NCBI GenBank assembly: GCA_009914755.4
Contig: CP068257.2
Location: 39,552,001-39,616,000 of the forward strand
Direction of reading: 5' to 3'
From: the human T2T-CHM13v2.0 reference genome, Homo sapiens
DNA length: 64,000 nucleotides
Part shown: piece by piece, positions 23,419 to 36,550 of the stretch
Layout of the letters: each line of letters opens with the position of its first letter
Numbering within the stretch: position 1 is the stretch's first letter
Notes under the pieces: model-generated
The model's input: the letters and a program-made list of their open reading frames with translations, nothing else
What the model was told of the DNA's origin: nothing
Databases searched by the model: none
Position numbers and translations under genes: made by a program

Positions 23419-26044
23419 GGAGTCGCAGGTAAGAGTGTGTGTCATGGAGGAGGTTATAAATGTGGGCCACTGAGACCCACTCCCCACTGGGGAACTCTGA
23501 GAGGTGACATCAGATAGATTCAGCTGTGCTGACTAGGGGGCAAGGCAGCTGGGCCTTATCACTCCCTCCTGCCAACCGTGGGTGGAGGGCAGCTCACAGG
23601 GGGTTCACTCTTCAGCGTTTCTGGCTCAATAGCTGGCCAAAGAAGCCATCTGCAGAGAGTCACAGGTGCTTGCATTAGAGGCTGTAGAGTCAAGTGCCCA
23701 GGAAGGGTGTGGCTGGCAGTTTGCTGTGGCTACTGTGTGCCTAGAACAACCACTGTGTGCTAGAACCATGGCTGGCACAAGTTAGGATGATATTTGAGGA
23801 ATGAAAGATCGAATATGTTCTACCACTGCACGTATTTGAGAGCATTATTTTGGCCCAGGAATCACAAAACAGAGTTTTAAAACTGTTCTTTAAAATCCTA
23901 ACCTGCTAGCAGGCTCTAGACTCTAACTCATGAAAGCCTCTGTGAGTTTGGAGTGTGCCTGTCATTGCTGTGTAGTTCCTTGAACTTTTATTGGAAGGTG
24001 AAGATGTGATGTGTAGATACTGAGCAAGAGAAAATGGTTGGGGGGCAAAGGGTGATCGTGTTTGAGGTTATAAACAACCACAAAACCGCCTTTGAGAGTT
24101 GAGTGCTCTGAACGTTAAGAGCTTGCAAACCCTTTAGAATGGCTGGGCTTTGTATGGTTGACTGGCAGCACAACAAAGTTGCAAGCAAGTGTTAAATTCC
24201 TGACCCACTACCACTTCCATGTAATCCATCAGGAAGTTTACCAAAGTATAGCTCCCACAGCTTTTGTATATATAAGAATTTACTACGTAGTAGTTCCTTT
24301 ATATTCTGTATAACGTCAGTTCTTAAGTACACACACATTTTAAAAGTACGTAATATTGTTATCATCCTTCCATTAGTCAATATACGTACATTTTGGTTTA
24401 ACCCTGTAGTCCAGGGGCAACTTCTATGATCCCTCCTTCTTGCTTTTTGCACCCAAATAGGAGAGAAGGCAGTGTCATTCAGAATGGTCGGGCTGCAGGC
24501 ACCTGTGGGCCGTGTTTATAGAGAGTGGAATCACTCTGTGCCCAGCAGAACCCACGTCTTCCCCTCCATGTCAGAGCTGGTGCTTCACTTGGGGCCTGCT
24601 CATCTCTGTATCCATGGACATATGCCTCATTGCCTGGGTTTATGAATCATGAGGCTAAGTAGAGAATTGAAAACAACTCCCAATATTTGTGTTCAGGCCT
24701 AGGGAGAGGCAGGGTGTTCCATGGTTGGCAGGCCTATGCAAACCACCCCAGAGTCCAAGGAAGCTGAGAGGCCGAAGAAGAGGCTGCCAAATCCAGTTTC
24801 TCAGAAAGAAATATTTAATAGGGACTTATGAATGGAAGTCATGCCTGTGTCTAGAGTGGTGGCAAGACGAGATGGTGGATTCCTACCCATCACCCCCCCA
24901 GACCCAGGGCTTACATACCATAGGGAAGGAATGTCTAGGGCAGTCGAAAAGGCAAGAATCCTATGTGAATCTGCCTAAGGGCAGGATTGCCTGAGCTAAG
25001 GGCAGGATTTACCAATAAGTACTTTCTCTTACATAAGGAACAATAGATAAGAGAAACCTTAGAAGCCTTCCAGGAACTGGGGTCAATCAGAAGTCAACAT
25101 GGTGGTGGGAATCCAAGGATGGAGTTGCTTTAGCCTCTCCACAGGGTCCTGCTCAACTTCAACCTTAAGCCTCATGTTCCAAGCCAGTGTCAACAGGATT
25201 CTTCCTGGGGCCACTGGGTTTTAGCACAGCCAATGGCACATTGGTTACCGTGGTTCCTTAGCCCTGTAATTGCATCAGAGGCCTGCCCAGAAGACTGATT
25301 GGAGGCCAGCAGTCTCGCTCCTGTGGCCAGGCAGCATCTTCTTGTGTCCCTCGAGAGTTTTGAAGGTATTTTCACATTATCTTCCCGATGCTGTTGATAA
25401 GTCTGATGCAATTGTAATTCCTGATTCACTGTATATGAACTGTTTTCTTTCCCTCCAGAAACATGTGAAGTATTCTTGACCTGGTATTTGGAAATTTCTT
25501 GTTGATGTGTCTTAGTCTGGATCTTTAAAAAAAAAAAAAATGCTGGGCACTTGGTGAATCTTTTCAGTCTAGAAACTCATAACGTTCATGTCTGAGAAAT
25601 TGTCTAGTAATTGCCTGTTCTCTCTTCTTGGACCTCCCATTATTCAGAAGTTGCACCTTCTAGTCTGGTCTCTCTGCTTCCCTTGTCTGTCTTTTTGGTT
25701 CTTCTCTCCATTTTCATTTCTGCCACCCACATTTTAGTTTTCAGGATCACTTTCTTTTTCTCTGAATGCTTCTGTTTTTGTTTGTTTTTCACCTTATTCC
25801 TGTTTCAAAGTTGCACATCTTCTTATATTTCTCTGAGAAAATTATGATTTTGCTTAACACTTGATTTCTGCTTCCTGCTTTTTATCTGTCTCCTCCAAGT
25901 TCCTTGTTTCAGTGTGTTTGTCATGGTCTTTGTGTCTCATGCTAGAGGCTTTCCTCACTATCTCATGATTATTGGCTGTCTGTTCATATTTAAAAGAGAA
26001 GCATTCAAATTTGATTGGAAGTTAAGGACTGTATGGAGACAAGG

Positions 26045-26530
26045 TATAGAAAATATTTTCATTGTTTTATTAGTCAGGGTTCTGTAGGGGAACAGAATAG
26101 GAGATAGATATAGATAATAGAGATAGAGACATAGACATATAGATAAAGGGGAGTTTATTAAGTATTAACTTACACAATCACAAGATCCCACAGTAGGCTG
26201 TCTGCAAGTTTGAGGGGCAAGGAGAGCCAGTCTGAGTCTCAAAACTGAAGAATTTGGAGTCCAGTGTTCAAGGGCAGGAAGCGTCCAGTACGGGAGAAAG
26301 ATGTAGGCTGGGAAGCTAGGCCAGTCTCTCCTTTTCACATTTTTCTTCTGCTTTATATTCACTGGCAGCTGATTAGATGGTGCCCTCCAGATTAAGGGTG
26401 GGTCTGCCTTCCCCAGCCCACTGCCTCAAACGTTAATCTCTTTTGACAACACCCTCACAGACACACCCAGGATCAATACTTTGTATCCTTCAATCCAATC
26501 AAGTTGACACTCAGTATGAACCATCACAAG
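26045..26530. repeat. Old LTR-type interspersed repeat, possibly MaLR-like; family unresolved
   Basis: The sequence gtcagggttctgtaggggaacagaatagg...tttattaagtattaacttacacaatcacaagatcccacag...cagattaagggtgggtctgccttcc...aatctcttttgacaacaccctcacagacacacccagg...caagttgacactcag matches a widespread mammalian repeat consensus recalled from memory. Confidence 0.4.
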
Positions 26531-26902
26531 TCCACCCCTCGTCAACTTGAACCCATACACATCTGAGATCATACATAATCTTCAAATAAAGACAATAATA
26601 AGGTCATAATTATGCCTAACATATTACAACTATTCTTTGTACAACCTGAAACACACCAGTCTCCAACCCAAATACTATTACATAAAGTTAACAATACTTA
26701 AATGCTGATTTGAAGTCAGTAAATCTTATGTCACATGCTAAAGGAAAAAGGAAATAAAATCAAGATATTTTCTTAGTACAAGTATAAACATGCACAAACA
26801 TGTTTTTAACAAAACAAGGAAAAAATACTCATGACAATTACAGTCCTCGTTTCTGCAGCTGGTCACGTGGTTGTAGCCGGTATTGATGACTGCCTTCTTC
26901 TA

Positions 26903-27365
26903 CTACCCATTCTGTATTCCCTTTGCCTTCAGCAAACACCTTGGCAGGTTGTGATTTTTTTTTCCTGGTGGAGTGACCCAAACCTTCATTCCTGAAGGGT
27001 CTGGGCCATTTCTAGTCCTGCCTGGATTGGGCTGTTGTAGTTTCCCATTGATCTTAATCACAGGGCATGGTAATACTAAGAGATGCCCTAATGGATCTCC
27101 TGTATTCCATGAGTACTCTTCCTTACCTCCATTGTGGAGTAGTAGACTGATTTCATCTTGATAGTCTGGGTCAATCACCCCGGCCAACTGTAACTCCCAT
27201 CTTAGCCTGTTGACTTAAAGGTAGGAGGAGCCCAAAGTGTCCAGGTGGCAATCTGAACTTACAGTTTAATGGGATTGTTGTTGTGTCTCCTGGTGGCAGT
27301 GTTCCTCCCTCTGGAACTAAGACCTCTAGACCAACAGAACTTAATGTCATGGGAACAGGCAGCAA
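26903..27365 (-). pseudogene. HERV-L dUTPase domain fragments (C-terminal to integrase)
   Basis: ORFs ...LPPGHFGLLLPLSQQAKMGVTVG... and MAGVIDPDYQDEISLLLHNGGKEEYSWNTGDPLGHLLVLPCPV... carry the dUTPase motif-3 consensus G.IDxDYxGE. Confidence 0.7.
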
Positions 27366-27377
27366 AAATTTTGCTAC

Positions 27378-28321
27378 TTAATCACTAGGGGTGATGGTGA
27401 GTGATGCCACTTCCACTTCCAACCCTTGATTCCTGGACCCGTGAATCCTGGCTATGGGAGAAACAGTACCATATATGGGACGCTGATTCAGAGCATACAC
27501 GGCCTTCTGGAGAACTTTGTCCCAGGCATGCAAAGTATTGTCACCTAGTTGGCATTGTAATTGTGACTTTAAAAGGCCATTCCAACATTCTGTCAATCCA
27601 GCTGCTTCAGGATGATGGGGAGAACATGGTGAGACCAGTGCATTCCATGAGAATGAGCCCACTGTCACACTTCTTTAGCCATAAAGTGAGTGTCTTGGTC
27701 AGAGGCAATGCTGTGTGGAATACCATGACGGTGGATAATGTATTCCGTGAACCCACGGATGGTAGTCTTGGCAGAAGCATTGTGTGCAGGATAGGCAAAC
27801 CCATATCCAGAGTAAGTGTCTATTCCAGTGGGAACAAACCTCTGCCCTTTCCATGATGGAAGAGTTCCAATATAATCAACCTGCTACCAGGTAGCTGGCT
27901 GATCACCCCTAGAAATGGTGCCATATTGAGGACTCGGTGTTGGTCTCTGTTGCTGGCAAACTGGGCACTCAGCAGTGGCCATAGCCAGGTCAGCCTTGGT
28001 GAGTGGAAGTCCATGTTGCTGAGCCCATGTGTAACCTCCATCCCTGCTACCATGGCCACTTTGTTCATGGACCCACTGGGTGATGACGGGGGTGGCTGGG
28101 GAAAGAGGCTGAGTGGTGTCCACAGAAAGGGTCATCCTATTCACTTGATTATTAAAATTCTCCTCTGGTGAGGTCCCCCGTTGGTGAGCACTCACATGGG
28201 ATACAAATATCTTCACAATTTTTGACCACTCAGAGAGGTCCATCCACATCCCTCTTCCCCAAATTTCTTTGTCACCAATTTTCCAATCATGCTTCTTCCA
28301 ATTCCCTGATGATCCAGCCAA
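27378..28321 (-). pseudogene. HERV-L integrase fragments (HHCC zinc finger, core and C-terminus; frameshifted)
   Basis: ORFs ...WVHEQSGHGSRDGGYTWAQQHGLPLTKADLAMATAECPVCQQQRP... and ...ECWNGLLKSQLQCQLGDNTLHAWDKVLQKAVYALNQRPIYG... Confidence 0.75.
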
Positions 28322-28774
28322 ACCATTGGCTACGGCCCATGAATCAGTGTATAATCACACAGCTGGCCATTTCTCCTTCCATGCAAAGTGCACAACCAGG
28401 TGCACTGCTCGAAGTTCTGCCCACTGGGAAGATTTCCCTTCACTGCTGTCCTTCATGGATGCCCTAGAAAGGGGCTGTAGTGCTGCAGCTATCCACTTTC
28501 GGGTGGTGCCTGCATATCATGCAGAACCATCTGTGAACCAAGTCCTAGTCTTCTCTTCCTCTGTCAGCTGATCATAGGGAACTCCCCACGAAGCCATCAG
28601 TGCAGGCTAAGGGAGAGAAGGCAGGGTGGCAGGAGTGGAGACCAGGGCATTTGAACCACTTCCTCATGTAACTTACTTGTGCCTTCAGGATCTGCTCGAG
28701 CCCAATCACGTATATACCACTTCCATTTGATGATGGAATGCTGCTGTGCATGACCCACTTTATGGCTAGATGGG

Positions 28775-30166
28775 TCAGAAAGTACCCAGTTCATGATAGT
28801 TCAGGTCGCATGGTGACTTGAAACATTCAGTTTCCACCAAAGCCCAGTAACAGGCCAAGAGCTCTCTCTCAGAAGGAGAGTAGTTATCTGAAGAAGATGG
28901 CAGGGCCTTGCTCCAATATTCTAGAGGCCTCCACTGTGATTCACCTATGGAGGCCTGCCAACAGCTCCAATCAGCATCCCTATCTGCCACTGACACCTCA
29001 AGCACCATTGGATCTGCTGGGTCGTATGGCCCAAGTGGCCAAGCAGCTTGCACAGCAGCCTGGACCTGTTGCAGAGCCTTCTCCTGTTCTGGACTCCACT
29101 CAAAATTGGCAGCCTTTCGGCTCACTCGATAAATGGGCTGGAGTAACACACCCAAATGAGGAATGTGTTCCCTCCGAAATCCAGATAGGCATTGTGCTCT
29201 TTCTTGGTTGTAGGAGGGACTAAATGCAGCAACTTATCCTTCACCTTAGAAGGAATATCTTGACAAGCCCCACACCACTGGACCCCTAGAAATTTTACTG
29301 AGGTAGAAGGTCCCTGAATTTTAGTCATATTTATTTCCCATCTCCTGGCACATAAATGTCTCACCAATAAGTCCAGTGTGTTTGCTACTTCTTGCTCACT
29401 GGATCCAATCAGCATAATGTCATCAAACTAATGGACCAGTGTGATATCTCGTGGAAACGAAAAGCGATCAAGGTCTCTCCAAATAAGATTATGACATAAA
29501 GCCGGAGAGTTTACTGTCCTACCCCTGAGGTAGGACAGTAAAGGTGTATTGCCGGCCTTGCCAGCGGAAGGCAAATTGCTTCTGGTGGGCCTTATGGACA
29601 GGAATGGGGAAAAAGTCATTTGCCAAGTCAATGGCTGCATACCAGGTACCAGGAGGTGTGTTAATTTGCTCAAGCAATGAAACCACATCTGGTACAGCAG
29701 CTGCAATTGGAGTCACCACTTGGTTAAGCTTACAGTAACCCACTGTCATTCTCCAAGATCCGTCTGTCTTCTGCACAGGCCAGATGGGAGAGTTGAATGG
29801 GGATGTGGTGGGAATCACCACCCCTGCATCCTTCAAGTCCTTGATGGTGGCACTAATCTCCACAATCCCTTCAGGGATGTGATACTGTTTTTGATTTACT
29901 ATTTTTCTAGGTAGAGGCAGCTCTAATGGCTTCCATTTGGCCTTTCTCACCATAATAGTCCACACCCTACCAGTCAGGGAGCCAGTGTGGGGGTTCTGCC
30001 TGCTACTAAGCATATCTATGCCAATTATGCATTCTGGCACTGGGAAAATGACCACAGGATGAGTCCGAGGACCCACTGGACCCACTGTAAGTTGGACCTG
30101 AGCTAAAACTCCTTTAAGTACCTGACTTCCGTAAGCCTCTACTTTACTGGAGGACCACAGTGACAT
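28775..30166 (-). pseudogene. HERV-L reverse transcriptase and RNase H fragments (frameshifted)
   Basis: ORFs ...[41 protein letters not shown] (reverse transcriptase motifs), [21 protein letters not shown]... (the region following YxDD), and ...LQQVQAAVQAAWPLGPYDPADPMVLEVSVAD... (connection/RNase H). Confidence 0.75.
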
Positions 30167-30348
30167 TTTGGGTCCTCTGGAATTAACGTCAGCTCAGAGC
30201 CAGTGTCCAGTAGTCCCTGAAATGTCTGATCATCTCCCTTTCCCCAGTGCACAGTTACCCTGATAAAAGGCCAGAGGTCTCTTTGGGGAAGGATGGGAGA
30301 AAGATTCACTGCATACATTGTCGGTAATGTAGTGGGGTCCTTCCTCAA
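30139..30348 (-). pseudogene. HERV-L protease fragment (active-site DTG)
   Basis: ORF ...[20 protein letters not shown]... Confidence 0.75.
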
Positions 30349-31770
30349 GGGGACCCGACCTCCCCTTCATTCAAGGGGTTCTGGGTCTGTAAACTAGCTC
30401 AAGTCTGGAAATTGATTGAAGAGCCATGATTCTCTGTTTTTATAATTCAAATTAGTGTTTTGGCCATTTGACCTAGAAGTTTTCTGCTTGTATAAATTAA
30501 GTAGGAATGCAGTGGGCTTCCTATCAATTTCACTTCTAGGAACACCATGATTAATTAACCAATGCCGGAGCTCTACACGAGCCAGACTGTTCTGATTGCT
30601 GCTTTGCCTCTGCTGTCCATTAGGGTAGCTGTGCCCACCTGACCTTATCATATCTAGTTTTTGAAACATGGCAGGGAAAATGATTCCACGTAACCTGACC
30701 ATATCAGCTGGGTGACTGAATAAAACACCTTCTCAGCTCGCTTTCCTCTGGCCTGAAGCTTTTTGCTGTAGCTGCTTTTGCAACAAAGGACACAGTTGTA
30801 GGCAGTGGATCCTAAATGGAGGTTTCCTGGGGGACTTTAGGGAAAGCTTATATTTTCCTGATAAAACTGTCAAGTGTGGCCAAGATAATACTTCCCCGTT
30901 TTCTGACTTTAATGAAAATACAAGGCCCTCAACAGAGATAGCTGACTTCTGACTTTGGGAGAGAGGTCAGGGAACAGCAGTGATGCTGTCGCTGATGTTT
31001 TTGAGCTATTGGTCTGATATCACTAGAGGCTTCCTTTACATATTTGAGCCATCCTAAATCTATAATTTTCTGTTTACTTGTAGCCAAAAATATTCTAAAT
31101 GTTTCACCCTCATACTTTTTGAGAAAAAAAAATAGCTTAATAATAATAAAGTACCTTAAGGCAATTTGCCATTCTTTTCCTTTCTTCAAAATCAGCAAAG
31201 CATGGCAGGACACATCTGAAAGTCTGTTTACTGTTGTTTTTGTTGATGTTATTGGCAGGCAGGGCACTTATTTCCAGCAGGGAAGAAGCGGACCCAGTTA
31301 AAGGGATCTAGACTCTGGTCGTCAGGAACGGGTCAAGGCCTTCACCATGAGAAGAGCACCAAAGGGAGTTAATATGGGGTTGACCAGAGGTAGGCAAAGG
31401 AAGGCCTGTGGGCCAAATCTGGCCAGCTACCTGTTTTTATAAATAAAGTTTTATTGGAACACAACCATGCTGGGGTTTGTTTCATATTTCCTGAGGCTGT
31501 TTTCACACTGCAATGGCAGAGGTGAGTGGTTGACACAGATGCCGTCTCACCAAAGCCTATGATATTTACTGTCTGGCCCTATACAGAAAAAGCTTGCTGA
31601 CCTCTGGGTTAGACTGTCAGGTGGTAGAGACTAAGGAGGGAGTGATAAGTCCCTGTTGGCCACCTGAGGTTTTGTCTGTGTCAGGAAGCTGCAGATGGGA
31701 GATGTCCAGGCAGTGGCTCAGAAGAACCCATGGAGGACCCATTAGGGGAAGGGTTGGTATGTGGACACCA

Positions 31771-31955
31771 GCCACGCCCAGGGTGAACCAGCTGTGCAGT
31801 CAAATACAGAACTTCCCGTCCCTTACACCTCCATTCTCTGTGTTTCAATTTTAGTGAAGTCAGCCACACCCAGAGTGAACCAACCGTGCAGTCAAATACA
31901 AAACTTCCTGCCCCTCACACCTCCATTCTCCCTGTTTCAATCCTGGTGAGGTCAG
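31771..31955. repeat. Tandem duplication of an approximately 91-bp unit, 2 copies about 85% identical
   Basis: gccacgcccagggtgaaccagctgtgcagtcaaatacagaacttcccgtcccttacacctccattctctgtgtttcaattttagtgaagtca is followed by a near-identical copy, agccacacccagagtgaaccaaccgtgcagtcaaatacaaaacttcctgcccctcacacctccattctccctgtttcaatcctggtgaggtca. Confidence 0.85.
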
Positions 31956-32334
31956 AGGCACAGTCATGAGCAAGGTGGGGAAACAGCAGTAAATCCAACC
32001 ACAACACCTCTCCTCCCCGACTATAGACCGCCAAGCCTAAAGCAGGCCCGTCACGTTGGATGCCAGATAGAAACTTTGATATGAGATAGGACTGGACTCA
32101 AAATGCCTAAAATCAAATGTATGACCACAAAGCTTTTCGAAAAATGTAGACTTTGTCCAAGATAGCATTCAAGGGTTGAGAAGTATAACTTACATGGCTT
32201 GTTAGAAAGCAGTTGTATGGCAAGAGAGGGTTCTATTAAAATGTTATTCCATCATATAATTTCTATGGAGAGGAATTTGGAAATGGCTAGCAAAATTACA
32301 TACATTTATCCTTTGACTCAGAAATCCACTTCTG

Positions 32335-32731
<397 letters not shown>

Positions 32732-33285
32732 TCACAAGGCTATTCACCGTGGCACGACTGTCATAGCAAATGATTAGAAATAACCCACGTGTGCCTCAAA
32801 AGGGGACTGGTTGATTAAACTATGGTAAATCTACACCATCGAACATGATATAAATGATTGAGAATATCTTTAGATACTGCAAGTGAGAATAGCAAGGTAG
32901 AGAAAAGAGGATAGATGTGTACCACTGTTCACCTAAGAAGGTAGCATATGGCACATGGAGGTGTCTTTCCCAAGAAACTTCCCAGGACAAAGGTCTCCAA
33001 AGTTAGAGGATGCAGGAAGAAATTAGAATGTCTGAATTTGTTTTGCCTAAAGCAATAAAGAATTTGGCTTTGGTAAGTTGTGATAAACACAGGTAACCTC
33101 GTTTGGTTCACCTGCCGGGTGTCCTGGTCTTCGTTGACGGTGACACACTGCAGAGGTCTGGGGTCTAGGGATCGCTGATTCTGCAGCTCAGTGAGCACAA
33201 CTGGTGCTTCCTCGAATGTTCTTTTGCTTGCACCCTGCTGGTGGCTTCGGTTTCCAGGATTTTGTATGGCATCAGTCTGGTTTGT

Positions 33286-33596
33286 CTTTTATTTTATTTT
33301 ATCTTATTTTTTGAGACAGGGTCTCACTCTGTCACTCAGGCTGAGTGCCATGGCACAGTTACTGCTCACCGCAGGTTCAGCCTCTCAGACCCAAGGCATC
33401 CTCCCACCTCAGCCTCCCGAGTAGCTGGGACCACAGGTGCATGCCACCACACCCAACTCGTTTTTAGTTTTTTGTAGGGATGGGGTCTCACTATGTTGCC
33501 CAGGCTGGTCTCAAACTTCAGAGCTTAAGGATCCTCCCACCTTCGCCTCCCGAAGTGCTGTGATTACAGGGATGAGTCACTGCACCCAGCCAGCCA
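33286..33596 (-). mobile_element. Alu SINE (minus strand)
   Basis: T-rich tail followed by gagacagggtctcactctgtcactcaggctgagtgc ... cgaagtgctgtgattacagggatgagtcactgcacccagccagcc. Confidence 0.9.
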
Positions 33597-34285
33597 GGTT
33601 TTTTTTTGTTTTTTTTTTTTTTTAAAGAAATACAGTCTCTAAAGATGAGTTACATGATTTTATTTCTCAGAAAGTCACAGTTCCAGATTTGCTGACATTT
33701 ATGGTGTTAGCAAGTGACTGGCAGTGGTATGGTACTTAGTAGATATTGAAAAAAATAAACACAAAACAGGTCCCTTTAAGATGATATTTTAATGCTAAGT
33801 GAGAAGCGTAACATCTCCTGCTGTGGAGAGGTCTTCTGAGGATGATAGCTGTACATGTTTACATCATTAGTTGATTTCTACTACCAAAATGGAGTAAGTT
33901 GGCTACCTATAAAACACTTTTGAACCCTTAACTTGGAGACAGAATTTCCTACCTATGTAAAAATCTTCCAAATAATTTTGCTTGTGTTAAAAAAAAAAAA
34001 TGGAAATAAGCCGTACCTTCCGGTTAGTTTGCTAGTTACTGATTGACATTAGGAAATATGCAAGTTGACTATTCCTAATCTCCATTTTACAAATGAGGAA
34101 ACTGAAGCACAGATCAGCTATATGGCTGAGGTAACATCATTCATGAGGGCAGAGCCAGGATTTGAAAGCAGGTTGGCTGGTCCCCCACTGTGTGCCCTGA
34201 ACCAGTGTACTAAGCTGCCTCTTGTGTGTTTTATAAATTTCAAAATGTATGTGATGTACAAAGGGAGGATATGCATAAGGGGTAG

Positions 34286-34684
<399 letters not shown>

Positions 34685-35180
34685 TGAGAATTCTGAAGCC
34701 TTGCGGGGAATGATGGGCCTCGTCTGATTCAAGAGAAATTGCCTGTTTCTGAGTTGAGTCGTAGTGTATCTGGGTACTCAGGCTAGATCCTAGAATATCA
34801 CAGATGCTCAGGAGCGATGCATTCACCTGTCTGTTCCTGCCAGGGCTTTCCAGCTGCCTTCTTTAATAAGCTCCTCTACCAAAGCAGTTCCAGATAGAAT
34901 TGAACAATCTTTTTAAAGCATAAATATCAGCTTCCAACAGGGGTCTCCATGCAGTCTCTACTCTACGGGTGGCGTATTTGACTCCTCTTTCCAGCTGGCT
35001 GGTGTGAACACACCCACTCGAGTTTCAGCACCACTGCCCTTTTTTTTGTTTTGTTTTGTTTTTTGTTTTTAATTTTAGTATGAGTACTGCTAGCAAAAAC
35101 AGACTGCTTCTGGAGCTTCAACCGAATAACCATCACCCTTCTAGGCAACTTGGGTGATGTGTTGGTGGATCTCTGTACGC

Positions 35181-35183
35181 TTT

Positions 35184-35218
<35 letters not shown>

Positions 35219-35497
35219 TTATACTTTAAGTTCTAGGGTACATGTGTACAATGTGCAGGTTTGTTACATATGTATACATGTGACATGCTGGTGTGCTGCA
35301 CCCATTAACTCGTCATTTACATTAGGTATATCTCCTAAAGCTATCCCTCCCCCCTCCCCCCACCCCACGACAGGCCCCCATGTGTGATGTTCCCCTTCCT
35401 GTGTCCAAGTGTTCTCATTGCTCACTTCCCACCTATGAGTGAGAACGTGCGGTGTTTGGTTTTCTGTCCTTGCGACAGTTTGCTCAGAATGATGGTT
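35181..35497 (-). mobile_element. 5'-truncated L1 (L1PA-like) 3' end, minus strand, with a (TAAA)n tail seen as (TTTA)10 at 35181-35221
   Basis: The reverse complement reads ...aaccatcattctgagcaaactgtcgcaaggacagaaaaccaaacaccgcacgttctcactcataggtgggaagtgagcaatgagaacacttggacacaggaaggggaacatcacacatgggggcctgtcgtggggtgggggg...gggatagctttaggagatatacctaatgtaaatgacgagttaatgggtgcagcacacc...acatgtaccctagaacttaaagtat, which is the canonical L1 3' UTR end. Confidence 0.9.
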
Positions 35498-36202
35498 CAC
35501 CGCCTTCTTTTTTAACAGGAACCCTCTCAGAGGTCAAGGTGCTGCCCAGCGTCTGCTCCTCTTTCCCCTTTCCTCCTTGTGGTGCCGGGGAGGAGCTGGC
35601 TGCCGGAGTCCCTTCCTCATCTTCCTCCACCTGCGCCTTCCTACCCTCCCTCCCTGCCTCCTTCTGGAGGGAGCCCCAGGGAGGAGGGGAAGGCTGGCGA
35701 GGAGGAAGAACTGAGCTCTGCTGGCAGCTGCTCGGGGGTCTGCAAGATGCTGAGGATGCTGCAGGGGGTGGCAGTGGGGCTCTGCCCAGCACCTGGACGG
35801 AAGTGTCTTGTCTGGGTGCCCCGGGGAAAGTAGTACCACCCAGTGTCCAAGGAGTGGTTGGTTGCCCAAGGAGTAGGGCATTTTCCTGAGACAGCTTCCT
35901 TCTGTCCTGTGCTAGGGAGGCGAGCTTCCTAGAGTGGTTCAGGCTTCCTTTTCTTAATTCAGCTCAGAAGGGCAAGAGAAAAGCCAGTGCATGGATCCCA
36001 CTCACGCTTCCTACTTGTTCTAGCCGGGCTTCGATTCCCTCCGCACTTCTAGCTTCTGAAAGCAGAGCCTCTCCCAGCCCCAGCTCTCACTGGCAGGCAA
36101 GGTGGTGTGTGCCCTGCCCCTCAGGCCAGGGGCGGGGATGGCTGCCGTTGTTGTAGGTCCCTTGTGCCCCGCTCACACCTCCAAAAATAGCCCTTCCATC
36201 AT
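35498..36202. other. GC-rich, CpG-containing, non-repeat spacer of about 700 bp between two L1 3' ends (contains GGGGCGGGG at about 36130)
   Basis: Composition and CpG content are distinct from the flanking AT-rich L1 sequence, and no repeat consensus is recognised. ORF 35452-35889 (145 aa) has no recognisable domain. Confidence 0.4.
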
Positions 36203-36213
36203 AACCTCTTCTT

Positions 36214-36550
36214 CCCACCTATGAGTGAGAACATGCGGTGTTTGGTTTTTTGTCCTTGCGACAGTTTGCTGAGAATGATGGTTTCCAGTTTTATCCATGT
36301 CCCTACAAAGGACATGAACAATGAGAACACATGGGCACAGGAAGGGGAACATCACACACCAGGGCCTGTTGTGGGGTGGGGGGAGGGGGGAGGAATAGCA
36401 TTAGGAGATATAACTAATGTCAAATGATGAGTTGATGGGTGCAGCACACCAACATGGCACATGTATACATATGTAACAAACCTGCACATTGTGCACATGT
36501 ACCCTAAAACTTCAAGTATAATTAAAAAAAAAAACAAAAAAAAAACCCAA
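36214..36550 (+). mobile_element. L1 (L1PA-like) 3' end with a 5' inversion (twin-priming structure) and poly(A); flanked by an 11-bp target-site duplication AACCTCTTCTT (36203-36213 and 36551-36561)
   Basis: 36214-36319 is the reverse complement of the L1 3'-UTR segment ...gttcatgtcctttgtagggacatgga..aactggaaaccatcattctcagcaaactgtcgcaaggacaaaaaaccaaacaccgcatgttctcactcataggtggg. It joins a direct-orientation aatgagaacacatgggcacaggaaggggaacatcac...gtaccctaaaacttcaagtataattaaaaaaaaaaacaaaaaaaaaa at the junction gaac|aatg near 36319/36320. An identical 11-mer flanks both ends. Confidence 0.85.

Larger units (their letters stand above)
26900..31300 (-). mobile_element. HERV-L (ERVL, class III) internal region: gag remnant, protease, reverse transcriptase, RNase H, integrase and a C-terminal dUTPase; multiple frameshifts; LTR boundaries not resolved
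   Basis: The minus-strand ORF fragments lie in retroviral order: a gag-like fragment (30394-30702), protease (30139-30348), reverse transcriptase through RNase H (28775-30166), integrase (27378-28321), then dUTPase (26903-27365). dUTPase downstream of integrase is the diagnostic ERV-L arrangement. The individual motifs are given in the per-domain entries below. Confidence 0.8.

Noticed and set aside
27401-27856. 151-aa plus-strand ORF inside the HERV-L region
   Set aside because: It lies antisense to the integrase-coding strand and has no recognisable motif. It is probably a chance ORF on the opposite strand of a coding-derived sequence.
26903-30348. Treating the retroviral pol/dUTPase ORF fragments as intact functional genes
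   Set aside because: The domains are split over at least 8 ORF fragments in different frames with internal stops. They are annotated as pseudogene remnants of a HERV-L.
33599-33626. Poly-T run after the Alu at 33286-33596, as a possible terminator or second Alu tail
   Set aside because: There are no Rho-independent terminators in this context, and no Alu body follows. It is most likely the remnant tail of a truncated minus-strand element or a simple homopolymer.
35452-35889. 145-aa ORF in the GC-rich spacer between the two L1 3' ends
   Set aside because: No start context, no recognisable domain and Pro/Gly/Ser-rich low complexity. It is kept only as part of a candidate regulatory region.
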